Shown: piece by piece, positions 1 through 17,869 of the stretch
Layout: each line of letters starts with the position of its first letter
Position numbering within the stretch: the stretch's first letter is position 1
From: Macrostomum lignano
Lineage: Eukaryota
NCBI GenBank assembly: GCA_002269645.1
Contig: NIVC01003686.1
Span: 18,877 to 82,876, forward strand
Direction of reading: 5' to 3'
DNA: 64,000 nt
Translations under genes and position numbers: made by a program
Notes under the pieces: generated by a model
What the model was told of the DNA's origin: nothing
The model's input: only the letters and a program-made list of their open reading frames with translations
Databases searched by the model: none

Positions 1-1705
1 CTGAGGATCTGGGAGGCTGGTGGCTCCGCAACTGAGGATCTGGGAGGCTGACCTAGCAACTGAGGATCTGGGAGGCTGGCCTAGCAACTGAGGATCTGGG
101 AGGCTGACCTAGCAACTGAGGATCTGGGAGGCTGGTGGCTCCGTAACTGAGGATCTGGGAGGCTGACCTAGCAACTGAGGATCTGGGAGGCTGGTGGCTC
201 CGCAACTGAGGATCTGGGAGGCTGACCTAGGAACTGAGGATCTGGGAGGCTGGTGGCTCCGCAACTGAGGATCTGGGAGGCTGACCTAGCAACTGAGGAT
301 CTGGGAGGCTGGCCTAGCAACTGAGGATCTGGGAGGCTGGCCTAGCAACTGAGGATCTGGGAGGCTGACCTAGCAACTGAGGATCTGGGAGGCTGGTGGC
401 TCCGCAACTGAGGATCTGGGAGGCTGGCCTAGCAACTGAGGATCTGGGAGGCTGGCCTAGCAACTGAGGATCTGGGAGGCTGGCCTAGCAACTGAGGATC
501 TGGGAGGCTGGTGGCTCCGCAACTGAGGATCTGGGAGGCTGACCTAGCAACTGAGGATCTGGGAGGCTGGCCTAGCAACTGAGGATCTGGGAGGCTGGTG
601 GCTCCGCAACTGAGGATCTGGGAGGCTGACCTAGCAACTGAGGATCTGGGAGGCTGGCCTAGCAACTGAGGATCTGGGAGGCTGGTGGCTCCGTAACTGA
701 GGATCTGGGAGGCTGACCTAGCAACTGAGGATCTGGGAGGCTGGTGGCTCCGCAACTGAGGATCTGGGAGGCTGACCTAGGAACTGAGGATCTGGGAGGC
801 TGGTGGCTCCGCAACTGAGGATCTGGGAGGCTGACCTAGCAACTGAGGATCTGGGAGGCTGGCCTAGCAACTGAGGATCTGGGAGGCTGACCTAGCAACT
901 GAGGATCTGGGAGGCTGACCTAGCAACTGAGGATCTGGGAGGCTGGCCTAGCAACTGAGGATCTGGGAGGCTGGCCTAGCAACTGAGGATCTGGGAGGCT
1001 GGCCTAGCAACTGAGGATCTGGGAGGCTGGTGGCTCCGCAACTGAGGATCTGGGAGGCTGACCTAGCAACTGAGGATCTGGGAGGCTGGCCTAGCAACTG
1101 AGGATCTGGGAGGCTGGTGGCTCCGTAACTGAGGATCTGGGAGGCTGACCTAGCAACTGAGGATCTGGGAGGCTGGTGGCTCCGCAACTGAGGATCTGGG
1201 AGGCTGACCTAGGAACTGAGGATCTGGGAGGCTGGTGGCTCCGCAACTGAGGATCTGGGAGGCTGACCTAGCAACTGAGGATCTGGGAGGCTGGCCTAGC
1301 AACTGAGGATCTGGGAGGCTGACCTAGCAACTGAGGATCTGGGAGGCTGGCCTAGCAACTGAGGATCTGGGAGGCTGACCTAGCAACTGAGGATCTGGGA
1401 GGCTGGTGGCTCCGTAACTGAGGATCTGGGAGGCTGACCTAGGAACTGAGGATCTGGGAGGCTGACCTAGCAACTGAGGATCTGGGAGGCTGGTGGCTCC
1501 GCAACTGAGGATCTGGGAGGCTGACCTAGGAACTGAGGATCTGGGAGGCTGGCCTAGCAACTGAGGATCTGGGAGGCTGGCCTAGCAACTGAGGATCTGG
1601 GAGGCTGGCCTAGCAACTGAGGATCTAGGAGGCTGGTCCAGCAACTGAGGATCTGGGAGGGTGACTCAGCAACTGAGGATCTGGGAGGCTGGCCCAGCAA
1701 CTTAG
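1..1705. repeat. Minisatellite with interspersed 28-bp and 31-bp units (AACTGAGGATCTGGGAGGCTG + ACCTAGC / GCCTAGC / GTGGCTCCGC)
   Basis: The tandem units are directly visible. The array runs off the left window edge and degenerates at 1620-1705. Confidence 0.97.
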
Positions 1706-1870
1706 GATGTGGGTGAGCGACAGGTCATAATACACCGTTAGGTACAAAGAATCACAGCAAATGCCCAAACAGGCCATAAAAGCTTAGAAAAAACGCTAAT
1801 AAAGTTCAAGTAGAAGCAACTGCAGAAAGCGAAGAAACGCAGGAAAAGTTAGGAAATCTGAGAAAATCAT

Positions 1871-6777
<4,907 letters not shown>

Positions 6778-8330
6778 AGTAGCTACGGCTGGTGACGGCT
6801 AGCCTGAAGAGAGCGGCAACAGCCTTTAGCTAATGGATGGGAACAGGGCATAATACTACTAGTCTATATTACTAGTAGCTACTAATGCCTACGTGTGCCC
6901 TTATTTGACAAGCCAGGAAAATATCAGAGAAATTGTCACAATTCCGACTTCACACGAGATTTGAAAGCTACACACCTGCCCGGGATTTCACTAATTCTCA
7001 ATTAGTTTCGGCCCACAACCAGTGGTGACACCTGATTCCGCTGACTCCTGACCACATTATTACGCGTTAAGATATTAGGGAAAGGGGTTTGGTTCTGATA
7101 AACTGCTGACACTACATTATTAAAAGAAGCAAGAAAAAGAAAGCAAATTCGATCAAAGAAGACAAAACCAGCAACCCGGAACAGCGATCAAGTACATCAG
7201 GATTATATAGTTAAAGCAGCAACAAAGAAGCAGAAAAGCTCCGCTGTTCCGGGCGAGGATCTCAAATTCATATATTTTTAATCAATAATTAGCAAGTTTT
7301 AATCATTTTTAATTGCGTTTTTATTCAATAATTCAATGATGATAGTCACCAGAAGTTCGCCACCAGAAACATTGATGCCTCTTTATGACTTTGTGGGAGG
7401 AGGGTCGCAATCGTTGGGGATTATTAGTATTTTAAATATAGAGTTGCAGGTGTTTAAAAGCACAGATAAGGTGCGAGAATAGACTGCTGATATAATGTTT
7501 AGGCCAACAATAAGTTATATAACAATCAGAAAAACAGGTAAATAGAATCAACAAATCCTGTGCCTACTTACAGTAGCGCATTAAGCGGGAAACACGGACA
7601 ATCTGTTGAAGGATTATAAGAAAAAAACCCGATTCCCAAGCAATTAATTAATTAATTATCCATAGTTATTCAAGCGTCAAGCAAACAAACACGCATGCAT
7701 ATAATAGATAGACAAACAAATATAGTTGATGCAAATACGAGAAATGTTTGGCTTCATAGGCACGCGTTTAACAAAGTTTAATTGAAGGGGCCTCAGGAGA
7801 AAACGTGCACTTACGCTCGTAAGCAAATTTCATAACTGCCTCTCTACTACCAGTATCTAATAAATAAATATAATAACTCTTACTAGGCAAAACACACTGA
7901 CTAACAGTTAGCACAAAAACAAATTGAAAATCTCAAACACCGCAAAGTTTTAAATAAAATAACACCAACTTGACACAGTAAAGTAATAGACAGCGAAACT
8001 AAAGGTGAAAAATTTATGTTAAGGATTGCATTTTACTCTGTCGCACAGAACAAAAATGAAGCTATAATTAAATATTACTACTAGTTGTAGTATATATCCG
8101 AAAGAGATAAAGTATATTTGTATAAGCAAACAGCAGGTTAATCAATAAGAATATAATGTATATAGGGAGTAGAAATTAGACGGGAAAATGTGTCAACTAT
8201 CGTTTTAGTTAAACTACTAACAGTAGCAAGCAGCAATATTATTATTTAAACGATTAGTTTTGAAGAAGAAGCCGCATCGGTTGTCATAAATTGCTCATAA
8301 ATTAATCAATCATCGATGCCTGCCGCTTGT

Positions 8331-11300
8331 TCAGGGCGTGACGCCAACTTCAATAGCCGTCTGTACTAGCACTTTCACGCCTGGCATGAAGGTGCGAATC
8401 TCAGCAAAGTTGGCGGATTGAATCACGTGATTCACCCAGCCCAGCGCCTCCTGCATAGCCTTCTGTTGCAGATTTTGTACTATAGCGGTTAGGCCATCCA
8501 GTACTGGCTGCGATAGCTGGGGAGGGCAGTGCGGAATGGATAAGAATGTTTAATATAGATTACTTGGCATTGGATTGCTGATTGGTATAGTTTGTCTATA
8601 TATGAGCCTGAGTACCCCCAGTTGCTGGTCTGGTGGGCTTGAGTACCCCCAGTTGCTGTTATGGTGGGCCTGAGTACCCCCAGTTGCTGGTTTGGTGGGC
8701 CTGAGTACCCCCAGTTGCTGGTTTGGTGGACCTGAATACCCCCAGTTGCTGTTATGGTGGGCCTGAGTACCCCCAGTTGCTGTTATGGTGGGCCTAAATA
8801 CCCCCAGTTGCTGTTATGGTGGGCCTGAGTACCCCCAGTTGCTGTTATGGTGGGCCTAAATACCCCCAGTTGCTGTTATGGTGGGCCTGAGTACCCCCAG
8901 TTGCTGTTATGGTGGGCCTAAATACCCCCAGTTGCTGTTATGGTGGGCCTGAGTACCCCCAGTTGCTGTTATGGTGGGCCTGAGTACCCCCAGTTGCTGT
9001 TATGGTGGGCCTGAGTACCCCAGTTGCTGGTTTGGTGGGCCTGAGTACCCCAGGCCCACGGCCCCAGTCGCGGCCCCAGACCATACCTTATTCTGAGCCA
9101 ATAACTCATATAGGGCCGCCAGCTTCCGTTCAACGTCGTCCATCTTGACAGTGACCTGACGCTTCCGCGACGTAGCGGCGCTCTGTAGCCGACAGGCTCC
9201 AACAAGGTCGCCGAGAACGCGAGGAAAGTGCTTGAATTGGTCAGGCAAGACAGCCGGCTGCGAGGCGGTGGCAGCGGCAGCGGCGGCAGATGCTCCGGCA
9301 GCGTCGGAACCTTTGTCGCTGCACATTGAAGTGTTACGAGAACGTCGACCGCCACCAGACGGATGTTTCACTTTATCATGCGGACTTGGCGGCACATTGG
9401 CAGTCGGCATCTGGCTAATTGGCGGCGGAGCAGTCAGCGGATTCGCGTGCGGCGGCTGCGGCAGGCCGGGCGGATGCTGGGCAACGTAGGCAGCCGGGTT
9501 GTACAGGTTGGCCGGGGGCGGCGGCGCCTGGGCGGCCGAGTCAGACTGCAAATGCCAATGGATTGACTTCATCACAATCCCTAGACTTAAAAATCTCTTA
9601 ACTTCACTGTCACAATTTCTAAACCCCACAATCCCTAAACCCCACAATCCCTAAACCCCACAATCTCTAAACTCCACAATCCCTAAACTCCACAATCCCT
9701 AAACTCCACAATCTCTAAACTCCACAATTCCTAAACTCCACAATCTCTAAACTCCACAATCTCTAAACTCCACAGTCGTCCCTAAACTCCACAATCTCTA
9801 AACTCCACAATCCCTAAACTCCACAATCCCTAAACTCCACAGTCCCTACACTCCACAATCTCTAAACTCCACAGTCGTCCCTAAACTCCACAATCTCTAA
9901 ACTCCACAATCCCTAAACTCCACAATCCCTAAACTCCACAATCCCTAAACTCCACAATCCCTAAACTCCACAATCCCTAAACCCCACAATCTCTAAACTC
10001 CACAATCTCTAAACTCCACAATCCCTAAACTCCACAATCTCTAAACTCCACAATCTCTAAACTCCACAATCTCTAAACTCCACAATCTCTAAACTCCACA
10101 ATCCCTAAACTCCACAGTCCCTAAACTCCACAATCTCTAAACTCCACAGTCGTCCCTAAACTCCACAATCTCTAAACTCCACAATCTCTAAACTCCACAA
10201 TCTCTAAACTCCACAATCCCTAAACTCCACAATCTCTAAACTCCACAATCCCTAAACTCCACAATCCCTAAACTCCACAATCTCTAAACTCCACAATTCC
10301 TAAACTCCACAATCTCTAAACTCCACAATCTCTAAACTCCACAATCTCTAAACTCCACAGTCGTCCCTAAACTCCACAATCTCTAAACTCCACAATCCCT
10401 AAACTCCACAATCCCTAAACTCCACAGTCCCTACACTCCACAATCTCTAAACTCCACAGTCGTCCCTAAACTCCACAATCTCTAAACTCCACAATCCCTA
10501 AACTCCACAATCCCTAAACTCCACAATCCCTAAACCCCACAATCTCTAAACTCCACAATCTCTAAACTCCACAATCCCTAAACCCCACAATCTCTAAACT
10601 CCACAATCCCTAAACTCCACAATCCCTAAACTCCACAATCTCTAAACTCCACAATCTCTAAACTCCACAATCTCTAAACTCCACAATCTCTAAACTCCAC
10701 AATCCCTAAACTCCACAGTCCCTAAACTCCACAATCTCTAAACTCCACAGTCGTCCCTAAACTCCACAATCCCTAAACTCCACAATCCCTAAACTCCACA
10801 ATCCCTAAACTCCACAATCCCTAAACTCCACAGTCCGTAAGTTTCATCACAATACCTAAACCTCAAAGATTATCACCCTATCTTTGAGGTTTCACCACTT
10901 TAACGTCACTCTAACTCTAACGTCAATCCTCAACCTCTAACGGGGGTTGTAGCCTAGTGGTTAGAGTTTCGGACTCACGACTGAAAAGTCGGAGGTTCCA
11001 TTCCCGATCCCACTGGAACAATTTGTGTCCTTAAGCAAGACTCCTAACCCTGCATTGCTTCAGTTCACCCAGCTGTAAAATGGGTGCCAGCATTAGCTGG
11101 GGTAATTGAGGGTGTGTGTGGCAACCCCCTGCTTGGACTGAACAGCCGTACGCAGCCTTCAGATGCGCCGCGCAATAGCTGCGGCTGAGCTGTCGTTGCA
11201 CATCTGGCCATTAGGGCAGGTGTAGTCAATTATTTTTATTATTATCACTCTGAAACAATAGCCATGCTTTAATGTCGACCTCACACGAACAATAGATGCC

Positions 11301-13013
11301 AAAAAGTACAAGCAGGTTTCTGTTCCTGTGTAGTACACAAAATTCTATCCTATTTTACTTTATAAAAAACTCAACAAATTTTTCATGCATTTTTTACTAA
11401 TATTACTAACAAACTTCGTTCGATTCTCGACATGCTAAAAAATTGATGTTAATAATATTATCCTGCCAGTTTCCCTATAGGATTTCCTACCCAGAATTTG
11501 TCAGCATTCCATAGGTCAACACCGACTAGGGTGGCGCCATCGTTGGCGCTGGATTGCTGGAAAATAGGCAGTTTTTTAAATTATTTTTGTTGTGAGAAAT
11601 TACGAGGGCTAAGCTACTTTCAATTCAGTAGTAGTTACGTATACTAGTGCTAAAAAACAAAACTTGCTACTGAAAAAGTAGTTAGATGTTTGATTTCATT
11701 ATTTACGCTCGTAAGAAACGATTACTGGCGTGTATTTAGTCAATAACTTATAATGTCTTATAATTTCTGGATTCACTCTTTCTGGCTAGCGAGTCGCTGG
11801 GAATTCATAAAAATTTAACAAACTAAGTTGGCATTAAATCTAGGCATAGATACTAAAGTCAGACTAACTAGATATGTCGTCCCTCGCAGTTAAATTTGTT
11901 TAAATTTAATGTGGCAGCTAAAATTTACTTTAATTTCTTGAGGTTTGTGACCTTTGTAGCAAACGGGATTAAAAATGAACAGCAAGTATCTAACTGAATG
12001 TTTACGCCCAATTGGGCGCACGCCTAATCTAGCCCAGCCAATGAGAGAGCAGTAAGGAGAGAGGTCAAAGTTAGCATAGGGTGGCAGGCCAAATCTAGCC
12101 CAGCCAATGAGAGAGCAGTAAGGAGAGAGGTCAAAGTTAGCATAGGGTGGCAGGCCAAATCTAGACCAGCCAATGAGAGAGCAGTAAGGAGAGAGGTCAA
12201 AGTTAGCATAGGGTGGCAGGCCAAATCTAGACCAGCCAATGAGAGAGCAGTAAGGAGAGAATTTAAAGTCAGACACAAGCGGGCAAAAGGAAAGCCACTG
12301 TTTATCGGCCTGGCTCGGGGCTGGGGCGCCAACCCCTGTTGTCTAAACTCTACACGCACTGGATTTGGGTTTTAAAGTTTTACTGCAATCTTCAGTCTTG
12401 AATTCATTAATTATTGAATAATTCTTAGTCTGAGGCAGTCTGGAGTTAGTAAAACGAGGAAATTTATTATGTCTGCTTGAATTTTTAAAACTTTTAAAAC
12501 TTTTGGAAAAACGCTACTGAAAAAAAACAGTAGATAGCGCATTTTTGCGATTGACATATCTAGTTGTTTTACTGCTAGCTTCTGTGAATCTAACCTTAAA
12601 GGCATTGTGCAAAAAGACACATGACTTATTTGACAATTCGACAACAGAGCCAAATATTTACCGGTTTCTTCTGTTCAGATAAAAACGGCGGATCGTTCCA
12701 ACCGCCGCAGCCGGCTTTAGTAGAAGAATCGCGCGCTTAGTCGGATACTGGGAGCTTGAGGGCGGCGGAGGCGGAGGATGCTGCTGCTGCTGCAACATGC
12801 TATGCGGTTGGTAGCCAGTTGCGGTAGGCGGCGGCGGCGGCTGGTACATAGAAGTAGCGGGCGGCTGGCCTGGCTGGTACATGGTATTGCCTACTGGCTG
12901 ATAGGCGGACTGCACTGGCTGTACGGGAGGCGCAGCATAAGCTGGATAAGGTGGATTGGTCCGATTGGCAGCATAGCTAGTTGGCTGGTACAGATTGGCG
13001 GCCGGTTGTACAT

Positions 13014-13052
<39 letters not shown>

Positions 13053-16000
13053 CTGGTCACGGACGACACGGCGTAAGGATTCGAGGGCGGCGGACCCGGA
13101 CTGCAATGAAGGAGTTGCCAGAGATTATTAGACTAGCTGAGGAAAACGATTCAGAGAAAACGTTTCAGGGTGGTTGCAGATGACACAGGTAAAATAGGAA
13201 AGAAGGGACTCTAGACGACTCTAAAACGACGAGATGTCACAGCAAAAGTCGCTAAAAAGTCGTCAAAGAGCCGCCTAAGAGTCAACTTGATGCGATTTAT
13301 ACGCCGTATAGCCGTATCTGAGGCGTGCTACAGTCGTCGTAGAATCACTGCGTCACTCTATGAATAAGAATGGTATTTCACAGTTATAACAACTCCACTT
13401 AAACCAATCGAACCAAGGGTTTGTGACGTGAGAGTCAGACGCGTCTACTACTGTGTTGCTAGTCATACATGAGCAACAGTCGGCCGAGTCGGCCGATCCG
13501 GCCGACCGATTTGGCAGCCAACAAGGAAGTCGCAAAAATACCCACCCGAAAAATACCTAAGTAGTATTACTAAGTAGCTGACGAGGCATTTTGACCTAAT
13601 AAGACAGTTACAGGTACTCCTGCCGTTTACCCAAAGTTGCGTTAATTTTGCTTTAGGGTTTTTATTACATGTAAGTCGCATTTTTGGCCAAAAACTACGT
13701 CGCATTTTTGTTAAAACTAAGTCGCATGGCCGACCAAGTTTTGGAGGTTGCGCATGTATGTTGCTAGTAGTATAATAAGCAAATAAATACAGAAAAAAGC
13801 AAATGATACTCGTACCTGCGGCTTGCCAGGTAGTTGCTGACGCGGCTGCTGCTGCTGTCCGGCCACTGGCCGATAGCCGCCATTAACAACGGCACTGGCT
13901 GCGGCCACAGTCGGCCTGTAGGGATTGGGCGGCGCGGGCACATCGGGCGGACAGCCGAGCGCCTGGTAGAGCCGGTGAGCCCGAGCCGTTTGATTTGAGT
14001 CGCCAGCGACAGCTGCAGGCTGCAGGTAGCGCAAAGCGGCGCGCAACTCACCCTGATTGGCTAGCTGCTCTGCGTAGCTGCCCAGGTGGGCGGTCAGGGC
14101 GCCGAGATCGCCGGCGCTTGACGGATGGTCGGCGTCGGTCACGGCTAGGCGAAGAACTTCGGCTTTCTCTACGACATCCTGCAGTAGCAGCGGCCGCGGC
14201 TCGCCGCCAGCCGGCATCAGGCAGGCGGCTAGGCGGGGCACATAGCCGGCGCAGATGTAGCACAGAGCGGCTTCCTGACGCCTGCCGTCGGTTTCCAATC
14301 GGCGGCCGACCTGTTCGGCTAGTTCGGCGAATTCCTCCGCGCTGGCGTAGGTCAGGGCGAAGCCAGGCTGTGCCGCCAGTCCTCGTTGCCGCTGTGCTGC
14401 ACAACGTAGGGACAGGCGTGGTAACTACGGCACGAATCAGCCGGCCAGTGTCAGTGTTCAACAGGCGGAATAGGCGGGCTTGGGTTCTCTCGTACAGTTC
14501 GGCTCCGCCGGCCGGCCAGGATGGCGGCCTCGGCCAGGCGGCCTTTGTCCAGGCAGAGGTTTACGGCTATCTCAATGCGGCCGGCGATCAGCGCCTTGGT
14601 CAGATCCGCGTCCTCGGCGCCGTCCTCCGTGGCCGAGGCCAGGCCGAGCGGCTTAGCCTCCTCGGCGATGGCGCTGAACTCGTCAGTTTCGGCTTCGCCG
14701 CCCTCGGCTTCTGATTTATCTTCGCCCTTCTCCGAGACGGCTTCGCCCTCTTCGTCGGCTTCAAAGCCGAGCAATTTAAGAACTGAGTGCGCGGATCGGA
14801 GCTGAAATTAGTCTCCAGGAACTGCCACAGGCGCTGCTCAGCTTCGTCTTTAGCGGCCTCGGCTCGGGCCCGACAATGTCCGCCAAGATCGGCCGCGCCC
14901 GCGGACAGGGCGCGCTCCAGGTCGCCAGCTCGGCGCACCAGCTCCGGCTCCGTGACCACCTGGCTGATCTTGGCCTGCCGATTCTGCTGCTGCTGCCGGA
15001 TGCGTCGCTGGCGGCATCGCAGCGAAGCTGACAGGCGGCCGCCAAAGCCGAAACGGGCGCCGCAACGGGGCCGCATCCATTTTGGCGCTTTGCCGGGATG
15101 ATACCACACCTGGGCTGGCACCGACGGCTGGTGCACCTGGGCAAACGGATCGGCTGAACCGCTGGCAGAGTTGGCTGCGTTATCGGCTGCTGCTGCCGGC
15201 GCTGATGAATCTTCGCCGTCTGAGCCGCCAAGAATGTTCAGCACGCTTAGCTGTGGAAGGCAAAGTTTAGGGTTAGAAAAATTTTTTGTCAGTTAAATGA
15301 GAACGCATCTGAAGGCTTCGTACTGCTGTTCAGTTCAAGGACTGGGAGAGGGGGGGTCGCCACACACCCTCAATTATCCCAGCTAATGCTGGAACCCATT
15401 TTACGAGCGTACAGCTGGTGAACTGAAGCAATGCAGAGTTAAGTGTCTTACTCAGGACACAAATTGTTCCGAGTGGGTCGAGAATCGAACCCCGACCTTT
15501 CAGTCGAGATCCGACGCTCTAACCACTAGCTACAACCCCTCATACAGTCTAAACATACACGTAGTAAACATATATAAGTTTAGAAACCAACTAAGCATAA
15601 ATTTAAGCATATCAAAAGACGCATAGAGATTTCACATCGATAACGACAAAAAATGCAAACTTTTAGTTTAACAAAACAAAAAACCGGGACTCACCTGTCC
15701 GTCCATGGAGCTGGCGCACAATAGCAAAGGATGCTTGGGACTCCAGGCGGAATCGTAGATCCAACGTTTGGCAGAGTAGCTTTAACTACAATTTCTCCGC
15801 CTGGAGAGCTGCAGTTCGGATCCCAACAGATCAAGCTGCTATCCCTGGATGTAGAGAGAGATAGTCGGGATCAAACGGACTCCAAGCCATAGACAGAATG
15901 CCTTTAGTGTGCGCGTTGAGCTGCTGCATTGGCGAGGTGGCGTATCGCAGGTCCCACATCTGCACCAGCGGTGTCTGGTCATCGTCGAGGCCAAGCACAG

Positions 16001-17765
16001 CTGGGTGCCACCCTGAAATCATTTTGTTGCTAAGGGGTTAGAACAGTTTTTGGATTTGCATGTATCAGAGACAGGGGGCTGAGTGCACTCTGGCGCACTT
16101 TAAGCGACATTGTCACACAACCGGCGAGAGGCATTAATAGGCTAGCTTTCTTAAACTAACAAACAATGGAATGAATGCTCAGAGCTCCTGAAGGGTTGAA
16201 CAAGCGGTTCGGCGTTCGACTCGGATGCCAGAGTTCCTATGTTCGACAACGTATCTGCGAAGACTACTTTGTAAAACTATGGGAACTGCTGAGATATCAA
16301 GCTCGCAGAGGGGAAATTACTGAGATCTCAAGGCTCACAGAGAAGGGAATTACTGAGATGTCAAGGCTCACAGAGGAGGGAATTACTGAGATGTCAAGGC
16401 TTACAGAGGGAATTGCTGAGATGTCAAGGCTTACAGAGGGAATTGCTGAGATGCCAAGGCTCACAGGGGAGGAATTGCTGAGAGTTCATTGCTCATTGGG
16501 GGATTTCGACCTACCCAACGGGAGTGGATGGCCAGTATTTTTGGTTAATGTTATTTTTTGAAGATAGACAACTTAAAGCCAGTGGACCAGTTCCGAACTA
16601 CTGCAAGCTTACTTGGGATGCCAGACGACATGCTTGAGCCGCATTTGGCACATACTGTCAGTCAGTTTAATAATCGGCTCGGATTTCTTCAAATCCCAAA
16701 CAATACAGCGGGGCGAAACGCACGTGCCAAGAATGTGCGACACCTGACGGTTCCAGCAACGCGAGTACATCGTCGGCTGGCAGACTCTTGCTGCCTGGCG
16801 CCATCTGGCGCTGGGATTAGCCAGATCCCACACGAATATCTCGATTCGCCGCCGCCCGTGCACAGCAGATTCTTTTGGAAAGGATTCAAATCCAGGGCGC
16901 CGACGGAGCCGGTGTGGCCAGACTGGGTAAACACCTCGGCTGATTCGCTAGACTCGGTGGCCAGGCGTTCCGGATGTACACCACCAGTTTGCCGCGGGCG
17001 GCCGCCAACAAGGACGCCCCAGGGCAGGTCGGCATCGACGCCGTGGCTGCCCCACATTAGTCGGCAAAATCTATCGGCAGTTTCTATGCTAGCTGACGGC
17101 TTTAATTCTGTGTCAGGGCTGGTCAGGTCGACTTTGAAAAGCTCCAGAACGGATGAAGTGCTGCGTTTTGTTGTTTGTTTAATTAAGATATTATATGCGG
17201 TTAAAGTGTGTTAAGACTATTCAGTTCAGTAGTAAGTTAAATAGAAAGCGCTTTAATTAGTTTTAGGATAATAAAATTATTTATTGGTCTTCTTAAGCCT
17301 AGCTTAACCCCTCAGACTGATTTATTAATTTTAGTTGAATAAATTACAATACTCCAATGTCTTGCTTTTCCTAAAATAGCTAACGAATTCTTCCTTGCTA
17401 CTGAAATACAATATAAAAGACATACGCATTGATGACTGCTAATAGTAGCCTTTTAATAAAGATCATTCAAAGGTGAAAATTTGAAAGTCTACAGCTGATT
17501 ATACGACTTATAAGTAGCTTTAACTCTCCCAATATAAATATTATTTATTAGTAAAATTTGACTGAGGATAAAACCAACGAGTAATTAAATGTCAACTTGA
17601 CTTTTGCATGTACATATAGTATAAGTCCTGAATGCAAATCATTGTAAGCATACCTGAATGTTGCATCTAATTGATGTGCAGATGTGCAGCAGCCAGAAGC
17701 AGCGGCTGCTGATTACCTGGAGACCAGGTGGCAACACTTGTTCTTTGTATCTGTTTTATTTTCAT
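8331..17765 (-). CDS. SEC31: COPII coat protein Sec31; exons approx. 17765-17654, 17160-16613, 16012-15695, 15250-13816, 13100-12662, 9545-9087, 8516-8331; several single-base frameshifts in this sequence
   Basis: The N-terminus MKIKQIQRTSVATWSP...TSAHQLDATFS matches the Sec31 start. WD40 repeats (HTGSVGALDLNPFQKNLL, VQMWDLRYATSP, HTKGILSMAWSPFDP), PKWMRPRCGARFGFGGRL, the Pro-rich GWNDPP motif and the C-terminal KMDDVERKLAALYELL...FMPGVKVL are present. Splice sites are canonical. Confidence 0.93.
8625..9055. repeat. 31-bp minisatellite (GAGTACCCCCAGTTGCTGTTATGGTGGGCCT) in the last SEC31 intron
   Basis: The tandem units are directly visible. Confidence 0.95.
9620..10840. repeat. 16-bp minisatellite (CCCTAAACTCCACAAT / CTCTAAACTCCACAAT) with 19-bp variants, SEC31 intron
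   Basis: Period 16 (CTAAA at 9667, 9683, 9699). Confidence 0.97.
10942..11250 (+). mobile_element. tRNA-derived SINE (family A) with a CORE-like central domain
   Basis: The head GGGGGTTGTAGCCTAGTGGTTAGAG...GGTTCCATTCC has Pol III A/B boxes. It is followed by TTGTGTCCTTAAGCAAGAC...CAGCTGTAAAATGGG. A homologous inverted copy lies at 15300-15542. Confidence 0.8.
12025..12260. repeat. 66-bp tandem repeat, about 3.5 copies
   Basis: CCAATGAGAGAGCAGTAAGG recurs with period 66 (12038, 12104, ...). Confidence 0.9.
13464..13760. mobile_element. hAT-type MITE (297 bp)
   Basis: 14-bp TIR (CATACATGAGCAAC / GTTGCGCATGTATG, 1 mismatch) flanked by an exact 8-bp TSD TTGCTAGT (13456-13463, 13761-13768). Confidence 0.85.
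15300..15542 (-). mobile_element. tRNA-derived SINE (family A), 3'-shortened copy
   Basis: The reverse complement aligns with 10942-11170 (GGGGTTGTAGCTAGTGGTTAGAG...GGTTCGATTC...TAAAATGGG). Confidence 0.8.
16068..16136 (-). mobile_element. 3' tail fragment of SINE family B
   Basis: The reverse complement matches the tail of the SINE at 42756-43091 (TAATGCCTCTCGCCGGTTGTGTG...GTCGCTTAAAGTGCGCCAG). Confidence 0.7.
16300..16495. repeat. 30/33-bp short tandem repeat (GGGAATTACTGAGATGTCAAGGCTCACAGA)
   Basis: About 5-6 copies are visible. Confidence 0.85.
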
Positions 17766-17869
17766 GGCTGATTTGTGACAGAAATGAAATTAATGAAATG
17801 CATGGATTATAGCTATGTTGGCATTGAGTTACATTATGTATTACATCCATAAACACACACTTAAAACTT

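Noticed and set aside
429-1560. ORFs of 78-108 aa with repeating PPRSSVARSASQILS
   Set aside because: These are translations of the 28/31-bp minisatellite and have no independent coding evidence.
10942-11015. Possible tRNA genes (also 15470-15542, 33761 and 42756)
   Set aside because: They have A/B boxes but no proper cloverleaf or acceptor stem, and they continue into shared SINE bodies.
11526-12028. Possible second TAGGGT-ended TIR element
   Set aside because: The candidate ends are only loosely complementary and there is no TSD.
13995-15270. Plus-strand ORFs up to 239 aa
   Set aside because: These are antisense shadows of the GC-rich SEC31 exon 4.
16175-16561. 128-aa plus-strand ORF with repeated ITEMSRLTE
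   Set aside because: It arises from a 30/33-bp tandem repeat inside a SEC31 intron, on the opposite strand.
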